Notes under the pieces: model-generated
The model's database searches: none
Seen by the model: the letters and a program-made list of their open reading frames with translations, nothing else
Told to the model about the DNA's origin: nothing
Translations under genes and position numbers: made by a program
Shown here: one piece after another, positions 51,659 through 62,953 of the stretch
Layout of the letters: every line of letters begins with the position of its first letter
How positions within the stretch are numbered: position 1 is the stretch's first letter
Assembly: GCA_000004695.1 (NCBI GenBank)
Contig: CM000153.2
Location: forward strand, 3,424,001 to 3,488,000
Length of the DNA stretch: 64,000 bases
Direction of reading: 5' to 3'
From: Dictyostelium discoideum
Lineage: Eukaryota

Positions 51659-51929
51659 TTATAATTTTATTCACAATTAGCGCCACCCTCACCAAAAAAT
51701 CTTGAGATTTTAAAATTTTTTTTTTTGAATTTTTTTTTTTTTTGAAATTAAAAGATTTAGATATTTATTTTTTTTTTTGATAAACGGGAAAAAGTTGTAA
51801 AAAAAAAAAATTCGAAAAAAAAAAAAAAATTAAAAAAAAAATTAAAAAAAAATAAAATTAAAATAAAAAAAAAAAAAAAAAGCCAACATCACTTTTTTTA
51901 ATTTTTTTTTTTAATGTTTTTTTCGCTTG

Positions 51930-51962
<33 letters not shown>

Positions 51963-51965
<3 letters not shown>

Positions 51966-53627
51966 ATAAATCAACCAAATTATTTATTATTTTTTTTATT
52001 ATTTATTTATTTAAATATTTTGGTTGTGAATTCAGATGAAAATATCTTTGTAAATTACAATGTTAATAGAAATTATATTAAACCAGAGGAATGTGGTTCA
52101 TTGGAAATTCCATGTGTTTCTTTAGAAGATGCTGGAAATAAAGCAATTTTAGAAAATAAAAATGGAATTGAAAAAATTATTATCAATATTATTGGAAATA
52201 TCAATGGGTCTACATCGGCATCATTTGGTAATTTATATAGTTTTTGTGGTGTTTTGGAAATTAATTCCTATGACACTCAAAAAATAACGATTGATGGATC
52301 AAATTCAAATAACCCATTTATTAATATTCAAGAGAATCAGTATGAAAGTTGTTTAATTCCAAAAAAATTTCCGATTAGAAATATTAATTTTAAAAACTGG
52401 GAGCAAACATTGGTAAATATTAATATCAACCAAGAAACAAATCAAACTGTAAATGTGGAATCACTATTTATATATTTTACCAATAATACCATGAATTCTT
52501 TAAGTAATATTATTTCTGTTTATCCAAAGAACATGGGAGAGATTTTCAATTCAAAATCAATTTCGATACAGTTTGATAATTCTTTGGCTGAAAAATTAAA
52601 ACCATCGTCAACTTTTGCACCAAATTCAAATACTGATTATTTACCACCCATTTATGTTGTTGGAGCTACAATTAAAAGTATACCTAGTTTAAATGATAAT
52701 AACTTTACCACCACTCCTTTTATTTATCTCAGTCAGGCAATTTTAAGATCTTCACTTCAAACAATCACTAACAACAATTTTTGTTATCCATTTGCAATTT
52801 CAACAAATAAGAGTACTGTGAGCTTTGCAAATTTGTTTGCACCTTTTGACAATAATAAGATTAAAACTCTTCTTTTCATTTCTGACTCATATAATGTTGA
52901 TAGTCTTTTCTTTAACTTTACCAATAATATGCCAGCCGTTTGTTCCAGTAAACAATACCTAGGTAATATATTTGATGACTCTTTTATCACAGTAAAAAAT
53001 TCTTTCAATTCGACTCTTATTACTGGTATTTCACCAAATAAACCTTTACCTGTTTCAATATTTAATAGTGTCACCGAATTAAATTCAATTGATTTAAACC
53101 GTTTTAATTTTAATATTGTCAATAGTGTTGTCATCTTTCGTTTTAATCTTACACTTTCTGAATGTACTATCACTGGAAGTAACTCTGCTCTATACCTAGA
53201 ATATAATGAAACTTTGTGTAGTTGCCCAGGTTGTGACTACTATATGAATGAAAGAAAAGCTTTCTCAACAGATTGCAATCCACCAACTGTAACTCCAACC
53301 ACTACAGGTATAGATACAACCAGAGAACCATCACCATCACCATCATCATCATCGTCATCATCTCCAAAAAATAACTCCATTAGAAACATTGTCATAATTA
53401 TTGTTATTTTGGGGTCAGCATCTATTGCTTCAATTGTACTCTTTTCTTTCATCTACAAAAGACATAAAAATAAAAAGTATATACTAAATTCCATTTCTTC
53501 AAGTAATACTATGAGTGAAGAAGATAATGACTTAGCAGGTGCAGCTGCCGATAATGATGTATCACCAAATCTCGAATCTACTACTGCCTTTGAAGATGAT
53601 GATTGTGCACAATTAGAACATATTTAA
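51963..53627 (+). CDS. L-family type-I membrane glycoprotein (554 aa) with TM and acidic cytoplasmic tail ending AQLEHI
   Basis: Signal MINQPNYLLFFLLFIYLNILVVNS. Motifs EECGSLEIPCVSLEDAGNKAILEN, FGNLYSFCGVLEI, IRNINFKNWEQTLVNININQETN, VYPKNMGEIF, LPPIYVVGATI and CSCPGCDYYMNE. An S/P stalk is followed by TM IVIIIVILGSASIASIVLFSFIY. The tail is KRHKNKKY...EDDDCAQLEHI. Confidence 0.7.
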
Positions 53628-53653
53628 TTTATAATCAATTGTTTTTTTTTTTC

Positions 53654-53701
<48 letters not shown>

Positions 53702-53836
53702 TACATAATCATTCACACTAATTTGCAAAAAATAAAATAAAATAATTAACTATTAATATTATCATTTGAATCATAGATTTTTAATTTCACTTTTTAATTT
53801 AATATTTAATAAACTAAAAAAATAATAAATGGCAAC

Positions 53837-53881
<45 letters not shown>

Positions 53882-53973
53882 CCAAATTTTAAAAAACCCC
53901 CAGGTTTTTATAATTATGGTTTTTTTTTTTAGGGGGGCCCCCCAAAATTTTTATTCCTTTTTTTATGGGGGGG

Positions 53974-54016
<43 letters not shown>

Positions 54017-54634
54017 AAATAATAATAATAAGAATTAAACATTAAACCAATAAAAACAATCCCACATTGTTATAAAAAAAAAAAAAAAATTTTTTCAACT
54101 ACCATCGGTAAGAAACTTTTTAGCAAAAAATAAAAAAACAAACATTGGATAAAAAAAAAAAAAAAAAAATTAAAAAAAAAAGATTATGAAAACCGATTGT
54201 TTTTTTTTTTTTTTTTTTAATATTTTATTATTTTCTAAGATCCAAAAATACCAAATATTACCCCCTTTCCCTAAAAAAAAAAAAAAAAAAAAAATTAATA
54301 GAAAAATATTGTTTATCACAGGTTAAGAGGATATTTTTTCAAAGATCCTAATTTTTTGGCAAACGAAATTGATTTTTTTATTTATTGCGACGATCCTTTT
54401 CTTCTTTTTGATTTTTATTTTTTTTTATTTTTTTTTTTATTTTTTATTTTTTTTTTCAAAATATCTAACTTCCAAATTTTTTTATTATAAAACGATCAAT
54501 ACCACTTAGGAACACAAGAACTCTTTTTTCTTTTCTTTTTTTTTTTTTTTTTTTTATTTTTTTTTTTTTTTTTTTTAATGTAATTTTTCTTTTTTTTTTA
54601 TTTTTTTTTTTATACATTAGATTTACTATAAAAA

Positions 54635-56047
54635 ATGTATAAAGGATTTAATTTTCTTTTTTTGATTTTATTTTTATTGTTAGCATTTAATATCTCATTC
54701 ATAGTTTCACAAAACACTATTTCAGTTAATTATAATGTGCAAAGAAATTATAATTCATTTGAAGAATGTGGTTTAATTGGTGAACCAGTTTGTACATCAT
54801 TGGAAGATGCAGGTAATAGAGCAATTTTATTATCAAAAACAAGTAACCCAACAAACTTCATCAATATCATTGGTAATATTGATGGATCAACACCTGTCAC
54901 ATTTGGTAATTTATATAATTATTGTGGTAGATTGTTTATTAGATCAAGTAATAGCAATATAAGTATTAATATTAATGGATCAAATTCGACTCAACAACCA
55001 TTCCTCACCATTCAAGAAGCTGATCAACCAAATTCGACTTTTCCATGTTCAATTCCAAGAATATTTCAATTCCAATATATTAATTTTACAAACTGGAACC
55101 AAACACTTGTAAATATTAATATTAATCACGAAACAGATTTAAATTCAGTTAATCCATCAAAGAGTTTAACAGTTTATTTTCAACTTGTAAACATAATTTC
55201 TTCAAGTAGTATTTTAAAGATTTATCCAAAGAACTTTGGTGAAAATTATAATTTACAAGCAATTACTGTGGCATATTTATCAACAATTGGTATAGATTTA
55301 AAATCATCATCGGTTTTATTTTTACCAAATTCGACCCAATTTTATTTACCACCAATTTATTTAGTTGGTGCATCAATAATTTCAATTTTAAGTTTATCAG
55401 ATAGTACATTTGAATCAACACCATTTATTTTCTCTGACAATGGAAGTGTATCTTCAGTAGATTCCGAAGTTTCAAATAATAACTTCTATTCATATCCATT
55501 CATTATGGCCGTCAATGGTGGAAAGGTATTACTTCCTATCCTTTCTTTTACAAATAATAGTCTTTCAACTTTTGTTTACTTTTCAAATTTTAATAATCAA
55601 CCATCAATTAAAGTTACATTTTCAAATAACATCTTTGGAAATTCATTCATTCAGAATAGTAAATTTATGAAATATAAATATGAAAATTCTATTTTTGTAA
55701 TAAAAGATAGTGACTTTTCCACCATTGATCTTTTAGGTTATTCAATTTTAAATCAAAACACCATCACCAACGATTTAATATACATAGTAAATAGTAGTTT
55801 AAATTTAGATAATAGTGTAATTAGATCACCAATGTTAGTTCCTCAACATATAATTAATTCAATTAATAGTTCAGTTTCAATTATTAATTTTAACCTTACA
55901 ATCAGCGAACTACCAATTGTTGGTTATAATTCAAATATACATCTATTTAGTTCAGTTTTCACAAACAATGTTTATTGCGGTTGCCAAGGCTGCTCCTATT
56001 ATATTCAATTGGATTTGGTTAATTTAAATCAGTATTCATCTCAATAA
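54635..56047 (+). CDS. L-family secreted glycoprotein (470 aa, no TM); tandem duplicate of the partial gene at 62954..64000
   Basis: Signal MYKGFNFLFLILFLLLAFNISFIVS. Motifs EECGLIGEPVCTSLEDAGNRAILLS, FGNLYNYCGRLFI, YINFTNWNQTLVNININHETD, IYPKNFGENYN, LPPIYLVGASI and YCGCQGCSYYIQLD. It ends shortly after the Cys cluster. Confidence 0.7.
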   Translation: MYKGFNFLFLILFLLLAFNISFIVSQNTISVNYNVQRNYNSFEECGLIGEPVCTSLEDAGNRAILLSKTSNPTNFINIIGNIDGSTPVTFGNLYNYCGRLFIRSSNSNISININGSNSTQQPFLTIQEADQPNSTFPCSIPRIFQFQYINFTNWNQTLVNININHETDLNSVNPSKSLTVYFQLVNIISSSSILKIYPKNFGENYNLQAITVAYLSTIGIDLKSSSVLFLPNSTQFYLPPIYLVGASIISILSLSDSTFESTPFIFSDNGSVSSVDSEVSNNNFYSYPFIMAVNGGKVLLPILSFTNNSLSTFVYFSNFNNQPSIKVTFSNNIFGNSFIQNSKFMKYKYENSIFVIKDSDFSTIDLLGYSILNQNTITNDLIYIVNSSLNLDNSVIRSPMLVPQHIINSINSSVSIINFNLTISELPIVGYNSNIHLFSSVFTNNVYCGCQGCSYYIQLDLVNLNQYSSQ

Positions 56048-56409
56048 TCTCTAAAACTATTAAATTAATAACTTTCTTAAAAAATTTTTAAAAATAAATA
56101 AAATTTTTTATTCAGTTTAATTGGTGTATTATACTTTTATTTATTTTTTAAAATAACTCTTTTAGTCTGATAACAATAATGATGGTATAGTATTAAAACT
56201 TTGAATCTACATTTTCAAATAACCTTTTTAATAGAAATTTTCAAAACAAAAAAAACTAATATGTAATTTTGAACAATTTTCTTTTTTTCTTTTATTTTAT
56301 TTATTTATTAATTTTTGATTTAAAACTAAAACCAATTAATTATAAAAAAGAGTTTAGAATAAATTTTTTTATATTTTTATTTTATAAACATTTTAATTTA
56401 TTTGAAGTT

Positions 56410-57210
56410 TCAAAACAATTCTTTTAATCTGGTAAATAGTAATGATCTACTATAAAGGCTATTGGCATATATAAAAATGAGCTTCATGTAAGAATTCATA
56501 TTTCCCATATAATCTTCATCTGATGTAAGAGAATCAACATAAAATTCTACTTCTTCTTTACAAGTTGGCATTAAAGATAAAATATCACTAAGTTCATTTT
56601 TAATTAAATTAAAACGGTTTGAAATTAAAATAACAGATTTGATAGCCAAATCATAATTATCTTTAACAACTTGAACAGTGGCTGCATTGGGAGTACTTGG
56701 TAATAAAGAATTTTTTGTTGAATTCATTGCTGAGGCCAAAGATGTTGCTGATTGTTTTATTGTGTCAATGCTTGATTTTAAATTATTAATTGATGTTGAA
56801 ATTGTATCAAATTTTGAAGGGTCATAATTGGTGTATTTTGTAATTGTATTAATATTACCAATAGTATTATTTAAAATGGCAAAGGCAATGTTGTTGGCAT
56901 CATTATATAATGATATTAAATTATTATAATGAGATACGGCTCCAAATGTATTACTTGTCGAGAGAGCTACGATATTATTTAAATAATATTTACTAAATGT
57001 AATATTAAACACCTCCTCTGGCACTTCATAACTAATAGCTTTAGAAAATTGTAAAGCATCTAATTGATTTGAGTATGTAGGTAATGCAGCACGGGGTATA
57101 TCGGCAGGGTTTATAAGATCTCTACCTATTGCCGGTATATAATTTGTAACTAATGAATTTGAAAAACAAACTAAAGAAAGAATAATGACCAAAGGAATTT
57201 GAAAAAACAT
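56410..57210 (-). CDS. S-family small secreted protein (266 aa)
   Basis: Signal MFFQIPLVIILSLVCFSNS, then conserved blocks shared with 50787..51530 and 45352..46119. The C-terminus is DYMGNMNSYMKLIFIYANSLYSRSLLFTRLKELF. Confidence 0.6.
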   Translation of the reverse strand: MFFQIPLVIILSLVCFSNSLVTNYIPAIGRDLINPADIPRAALPTYSNQLDALQFSKAISYEVPEEVFNITFSKYYLNNIVALSTSNTFGAVSHYNNLISLYNDANNIAFAILNNTIGNINTITKYTNYDPSKFDTISTSINNLKSSIDTIKQSATSLASAMNSTKNSLLPSTPNAATVQVVKDNYDLAIKSVILISNRFNLIKNELSDILSLMPTCKEEVEFYVDSLTSDEDYMGNMNSYMKLIFIYANSLYSRSLLFTRLKELF

Positions 57211-58004
57211 TTTTAAAATTATATAAAAAATTAAGAAACTAATGTAAATAAAAAAAGTAAAATTTTGAATATTTTATTATTGAACGAATGAATATAATAA
57301 TGAAATTTTTTTTTTTTTGGTTTAAATAGTAAAAAATTTTATTAAGAAGAAAATTAATTTTTAAAACCAAAGAAAATTGTTGTCGCCAAAGTATTTTTTT
57401 TTTTAAAGTGCAAACATTTTCTAATTTACAAGAATACAAAAAAAGAATGAAATTAACAATCGCAGATCAAACTTGATAGCTCACACTAATTTTCTTATTG
57501 GTCTTTTTTTAAACCCCATCGAAAATAAATTGTTTTTGGTTTATGAAGATTTTCTTGTAAATTGGGTTTTTTTTTTTTTTTTATGTTCACCACCTCAACA
57601 TATTTTTCTTTTAGTTTTAGGAGTTGTGGTATGAGCAAAGGATCATTCCTTGGTTGAAAAAAAAAAATCCTGGCGAATAAGGATTAGAAAAAAACTTTTT
57701 AAAAATTTCAGAAAAAAAAGTAATTTTAAGAAATTTCTCATTCCGACATTGTTGAATTTTTCTTAGAAAAAAAAAAAAACTTGAAAGAAAAAAAAAAAGA
57801 AAAAATTAATTAAAAAAAAAATAATCAAAATAAATTGTTTTTTTAGTATAAAAAACCAATATTATTTTTTAGTATCCACCTAAAAAAAAAAAATTAAAAA
57901 TAAAAAAATATTACCTAAATAATTTTTTACTTCACAGATTTCAAAAAAATAATAAAAATAATGAATAACAATCAAATTAATTTTCTAATTAATACAAATA
58001 AATA

Positions 58005-58053
<49 letters not shown>

Positions 58054-58505
58054 ATGAATAACAACATCAAACAAAACTAAATAAAAAAATAATAAAAAAA
58101 GAATAAAATAAAAAAGAAGAGAAATAAAAAAAACTTGAATAATTAAATTTAGAAATAAAAAAATATAACCCATCCAACTAATGAAAATGAGTATCTCCAA
58201 GAGAACCTGATTTATTTTTTATTATTTTTTATTATTTTTTTTTTATCTGGGCAATTAGTTAGATAAAACTTGAATAGATAATTAGAATATATATGAATAG
58301 ATATCATCTAAGGCCAATAGATAGAGATATAGCCAATTTTGAACATTAATTAAGATTTATAAACTTGGTTGTTTTTTTGAAAAGATTTAGATTCTTTATA
58401 GGCTTCAAATTAACAAATTTACAAATTTTGGTTGGATTTTACTGCTTCATTAATCTTTTTAATCTCTAATTTACTTAAATACTGTAAAGTTATTCAATTA
58501 TTAGA

Positions 58506-60356
58506 TTATAACCTTTCTAGTTGTGCGAAATCTTCATACTCTTGTTCATAAGCCACTACCGATATGTCAATGGTCGGAGAAACTGCTTTTTCATCCTCAT
58601 CTGCAACAGCAATACATGTGCCATCATTAAGTACACTATCATTTGAACTAATTTTATCATGATTATGGAGCTGTGAGTTTGAGATATATTTATTATTTTT
58701 ATGTCTTTTATAAATGAATGAAAATATAATAAGGGATCCAATAGACGCAATACCCAAAACTGAAGTGATAATAGCAATATTCCTTGATCTGCTACTTTTT
58801 GGAGAATTTGGTGTTGCAGTTGATGTTGGTACTGGTGTTTGAGTTGGTTTTTGAGTTGATGTTTCGGTTGTTGGGCTTTCCGTTGGTGTATCTGTTGGTG
58901 TGTCTGTTGGTGTGTCTGTTGGTGTGTCTGTTGGTGTATCTGTTGGTGTATCTGTTGGTGTGTCTGTTGGATTAGAACCACATGGATAGTTTGTGTTATC
59001 ATGTATGGTTTCTCCTAAATAATAACTGCAATTTTGGCAACCACAAAAAGATTCATTTGTAAAGGTGAAAGGATTTAAAAAAAATATGGAGGAATTGCTT
59101 CCAATAATGGGTGTATCAGAATTACTTAGGTCCAAACCAGATAAACTGACTGAACTACTTTCTGTTTTTAAAAAATAATTGGGTGATATAAGTGAAGAAA
59201 TTTCCCTGAATGCAAAAGAGAGTGAACTGTTTTCAACAAAAACTAAAAAGTTTTCAATTGAATTTAAGGAAAGAGTTGATTGCAAACAATCTTTAATTTC
59301 TACGTGGCTCTTTTTGATTACTGCAAATGAATCTTCATATTCAAGTCCAAGATATTTATTTCTGTGATAAAATGGTGTTTGTGTGGTATTCTCGTATTCA
59401 AAGTTAAATAGTGTTGCGCCATTGCAATCATATAAATATATGAATGTGGAGAGTTGGTTGTTTTTGAAAATTAATAATTTCAGTGTGACCAAGGAGCTGA
59501 TTGACAAAATGAATGGATTCACCGAGAAATTATTGTTTGACATTGTTTGAGTTGGAATGTTAATCTCTCCACCTTGGATAAAAACAAACGGAGTAGACAA
59601 GAATGTTCCATTATCTATATTCATACCTCTATTAATAAAACCACCGACCACATAAATAGGTGGTACATAATCGGTAACTGAACCTGGTGCAAACAGACTT
59701 GAAGACGACTTTAAGTTATAACCTAAGGTTGATATAAAATGTACAGTGGTGAACCTTGCGTTGTAAATCTGGCCTAAATTCTTTGGATAAACCATTAATA
59801 TGCTACTTGATGAATATATATTTACACGATTGAAATAAAGAGCAAACGATTTTGAATTGTTAGTTGAAGTTAAATTTGTTTCTTGATTAATGTTGATTTT
59901 TGCAATTGTTTGGTCCCAATTTATGAAATTTATATATTGCAAATAGAAATATCTTTGTGATGTACATGAATAGGTTGAATTTGGTTGATCTGGCTCTTCA
60001 ATATTGAGAAATGGTTGTTGCGTTGAGTTCCAACCATCAATGTTAATATATACAGTGTCACTACCCGATTTAATATATAATTTACCACAATAATTATATA
60101 AATTTCCCAATGAAACAGGTGTTGATCCATTAATATCACTAATAATAATAATATTATTACTTGTATTGGTTTTTGATAATAAAATAGCTCTATTTGAAGC
60201 ATCCTCTAATGATGTACAAACTGGTTGATTATCTACACCACATTCTTCAAAAGAATTGTAATTTCTTTCAACATTATAATTAACTTTAATATCTGTTGCA
60301 ACGCAAATATTTAATAAAAAAAATAATAAATAAAAATATTTTAATTTTTCAATCAT
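58506..60356 (-). CDS. L-family type-I membrane glycoprotein (616 aa) with (PTDT)n stalk, TM and tail ending AQLERL
   Basis: Signal MIEKLKYFYLLFFLLNICVA. Motifs EECGVDNQPVCTSLEDASNRAILLS, LGNLYNYCGKLYI, YINFINWDQTIAKININQETN, VYPKNLGQIYN, VPPIYVVGGFI and FCGCQNCSYYLGE. A (TDTP)8 stalk is followed by TM IAIITSVLGIASIGSLIIFSFIY. The tail KRHKNNKY...YEDFAQLERL is homologous to that of 51963..53627. Confidence 0.7.
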   Translation of the reverse strand: MIEKLKYFYLLFFLLNICVATDIKVNYNVERNYNSFEECGVDNQPVCTSLEDASNRAILLSKTNTSNNIIIISDINGSTPVSLGNLYNYCGKLYIKSGSDTVYINIDGWNSTQQPFLNIEEPDQPNSTYSCTSQRYFYLQYINFINWDQTIAKININQETNLTSTNNSKSFALYFNRVNIYSSSSILMVYPKNLGQIYNARFTTVHFISTLGYNLKSSSSLFAPGSVTDYVPPIYVVGGFINRGMNIDNGTFLSTPFVFIQGGEINIPTQTMSNNNFSVNPFILSISSLVTLKLLIFKNNQLSTFIYLYDCNGATLFNFEYENTTQTPFYHRNKYLGLEYEDSFAVIKKSHVEIKDCLQSTLSLNSIENFLVFVENSSLSFAFREISSLISPNYFLKTESSSVSLSGLDLSNSDTPIIGSNSSIFFLNPFTFTNESFCGCQNCSYYLGETIHDNTNYPCGSNPTDTPTDTPTDTPTDTPTDTPTDTPTDTPTESPTTETSTQKPTQTPVPTSTATPNSPKSSRSRNIAIITSVLGIASIGSLIIFSFIYKRHKNNKYISNSQLHNHDKISSNDSVLNDGTCIAVADEDEKAVSPTIDISVVAYEQEYEDFAQLERL

Positions 60357-60714
60357 AAACGAAGTTTAATATGTATATATATATTATATATATATAATAT
60401 AATTTATTTAAAATTTCACTATTTTTCGATGATTTATAACCGCTTTAAAAAAAAAAAAATTGAATTAAAAGATCAAATCTCACAATTTTTTTTTTTTTTT
60501 AATTTTTTTTTTTTTAAATTTTTTTTTTTTTAAATTTTTTTTTTTTTTAGTGTTTGAAAAATATCTGGGTGCTTATTTAGATATTAAAGACTTTGGCAAA
60601 ATAAAAAAATATTGAAAAAAAAAATAAAAAAAAAAACTTTGAAAAATGACAGAAGAATAATAATAATAATAAATAAGAATAATGATAATAATTATAACTT
60701 AAGTAAATAATTAT

Positions 60715-60849
60715 ACAACTTTAAGTTATTTAAAAAATATTTCCCACCTTCATTTTTTTTTTTTTATTTTTTTTTTTTTTAACCTAAAATTGATCGAGGA
60801 ATCTTAAAGTAAATAAATTAACAACTTTAAAAAAAATATTTCCCACCTT

Positions 60850-60885
<36 letters not shown>

Positions 60886-60944
60886 TGAATATTTCGTTTT
60901 TTTTTTTCATTTTTTGTGAATATTTCGTTTTTTTTTTTCATTTT
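60715..60944. repeat. two pairs of short direct repeats in the 5' flank of the 58506..60356 gene
   Basis: ACAACTTTAAR(n)AAAAATATTTCCCACCTTCATTTTTTT occurs at about 60715..60760 and 60821..60860. TTTTGTGAATATTTCGTTTTTTTTTTTCAT occurs at 60881..60910 and 60911..60944. Confidence 0.5.
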
Positions 60945-61471
60945 ATTTTAAAATGGATTTTCCCACTGGGACTGTTGTTCTTTTTTTTTTTTTTTTAAAA
61001 AATAAAATAAAATAATATAAAAGTATATTTAAATATAAAATATAAAACAAAACTAAACAAATATATTTAAATAATTGTTTATTTTATTTTTTTCCAAAAA
61101 CAATTTTAATTTTTAATTTAATTTATTTTCCTATTTTTATATTGTTCTATTTTACTTTTACTTTTATTTTATTTTATTTTATTTTATTTTATTTTGATCT
61201 TTTTTTTTTATAATTTTTATTTTCCAATCTAGCGGGTTTTATATATATTTTTTTCTTTGTGTATAATTTTTTATTTTTTTTTATTTTTTTTATTTTATAT
61301 TTACTACTAATTAAAGTGAATGAAAACTACCCTCTCTTTCTCATTTTTTTTTATTGTTTTAAATTTTTTAAAAATAAAGTTAGTAGTTCAGTTTTTTTAA
61401 AAAAAAAAATGACGAAACATGGGTTTAACAGAAAAAAAAAAAAAAAATCTGTTGTATTTTTTGCATTTTCT

Positions 61472-61504
<33 letters not shown>

Positions 61505-61699
61505 CTCTTCTTTACAAATTACGACAATAGTCAAAAAAAATTAATTGAGCAAAGATGAATTTGGTGTAGAAGATATTGGTCAACCAAAAGAAAACAAAAT
61601 ATAAATCAATTAAAGCATACCAAATCATTTATGTGTAGGTTGTTTTTTTTTTTTTTTTTTTTTAAAAAAATAATAAATTAATAGTTACTAATTTTTTTT

Positions 61700-62480
61700 T
61701 TTCAAAAATTTAGATTATACCGTATTGGTTTGTTGGATCATTAAAAATTTTAGTTCCAACATGTAAAACTCGTGTAGTGAGAATTGCAGTGGCATTAAAA
61801 GAAAGAGCTCATTGGTAAAAGAACACTTAAATCCGGGTTTAGCTCCAATTAGTAGAAAATTTCGTACGAGAGGGTTGTAATGATGATACCTTTCCACACT
61901 TTGTTTCACATCGTTCCATTAAAGCTGCATTGAGATCAAGTGGTCATACCGCCATTGGTTCTGTTGGTAGTTCTGGGTATACTCGTTCTTTTTGTGCCCT
62001 TCTACCACCTGGCCATTGATTCACCCACCAACTGCTCCAAAACCTTTTTATCGTGGTGCAGCCGGTAATGCAACAACAGCAGGAAACAACTTCACAATTT
62101 CAAAATAAATTGGAGACTCAAATACCACACACCAAATTCATAGATAATGTGGCTCATTTACTACACACACTGCAATTGGTGGGGATGTCCAACCTATGTA
62201 ATCGTTTCAACCATATGGTTGATATGAAGAATAAATATAGTAGAATTGCAATGTTGTGGATTTCGATATTCACCATGGTAATGGAACACCACTCTTGAGA
62301 TCCAAAATCAAATTCAATATCAGATTTGGTCGGGGTGTTAATGCGGCACCCATCATCAGTGATGATTAGTAAAAATATGTTCAATATTTTAATATAGTTG
62401 GGATTTCAAAGAGGTACCATTGGAGGAAATATTTTAAAAGTCGATTATCAGCAGTGAATCCAACCAAGTACAACAATTTA
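61700..62480 (+). pseudogene. GC-richer (about 40% GC) frame-broken relic with histone-deacetylase/AcuC-like motif fragments
   Basis: CALLPPGH followed by a stop (62002..62019) resembles the HDAC RPPGHHA motif. VVDFDIHHGNGTP (62253..62291), in a different frame, resembles HDAC V(D)xDxHHGNGT. Surrounding ORFs in all frames are short and interrupted. Composition is clearly different from flanking DNA. Confidence 0.3.
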
Positions 62481-62859
62481 ATTTTAAAAAAAAATATTAA
62501 AAAATTTATTAAAAATATTAAATAAAATTTATTAAAAGTTTATTTTCACCAGAATAACCGATACCAGAAAAAAAAAAAAAAAAAAAACAAAAAAAAAAAA
62601 AAAAATTAAATTTGAAAAATATCGTTCATCCTTAATTATGAGGAAAAACTATTTTTTTTTTTTTTTTAAAAAGACTTTTATCTAGTTTTTGGCAAATGGT
62701 GTCAAGAAAAAAAAATATTTTTACTTTAATTTTTTTTTATTTTTTTTTTTTTATTTTTTTTTTTTCAAAATATCTTGCTCGAACTTATTTTTATTATAAA
62801 ATGATCAAAAACACTTAGAAACACAAGAACTCTTTTTTTTTTTTCTTTACTTTTTTTTC

Positions 62860-62890
<31 letters not shown>

Positions 62891-62893
62891 TAT

Positions 62894-62940
<47 letters not shown>

Positions 62941-62953
62941 ATTTGTAATAAAA

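Noticed and set aside
54777-54962. ORF MVNQFVHHWKMQVIEQ..., with a copy at 63096..63431
   Set aside because: Alternate-frame artefact inside L-family genes. Its duplication simply reflects the tandem gene duplication.
58556-59002. 148-aa ORF with HQQ(T/I)HQQ repeats
   Set aside because: Alternate-frame reading of the (ACTGAT) PTDT stalk repeat of gene 58506..60356.
62053-62384. Three overlapping ORFs of 64-81 aa in the GC-rich island
   Set aside because: No recognisable domains in-frame; they overlap on both strands. Treated as pseudogene debris rather than genes.
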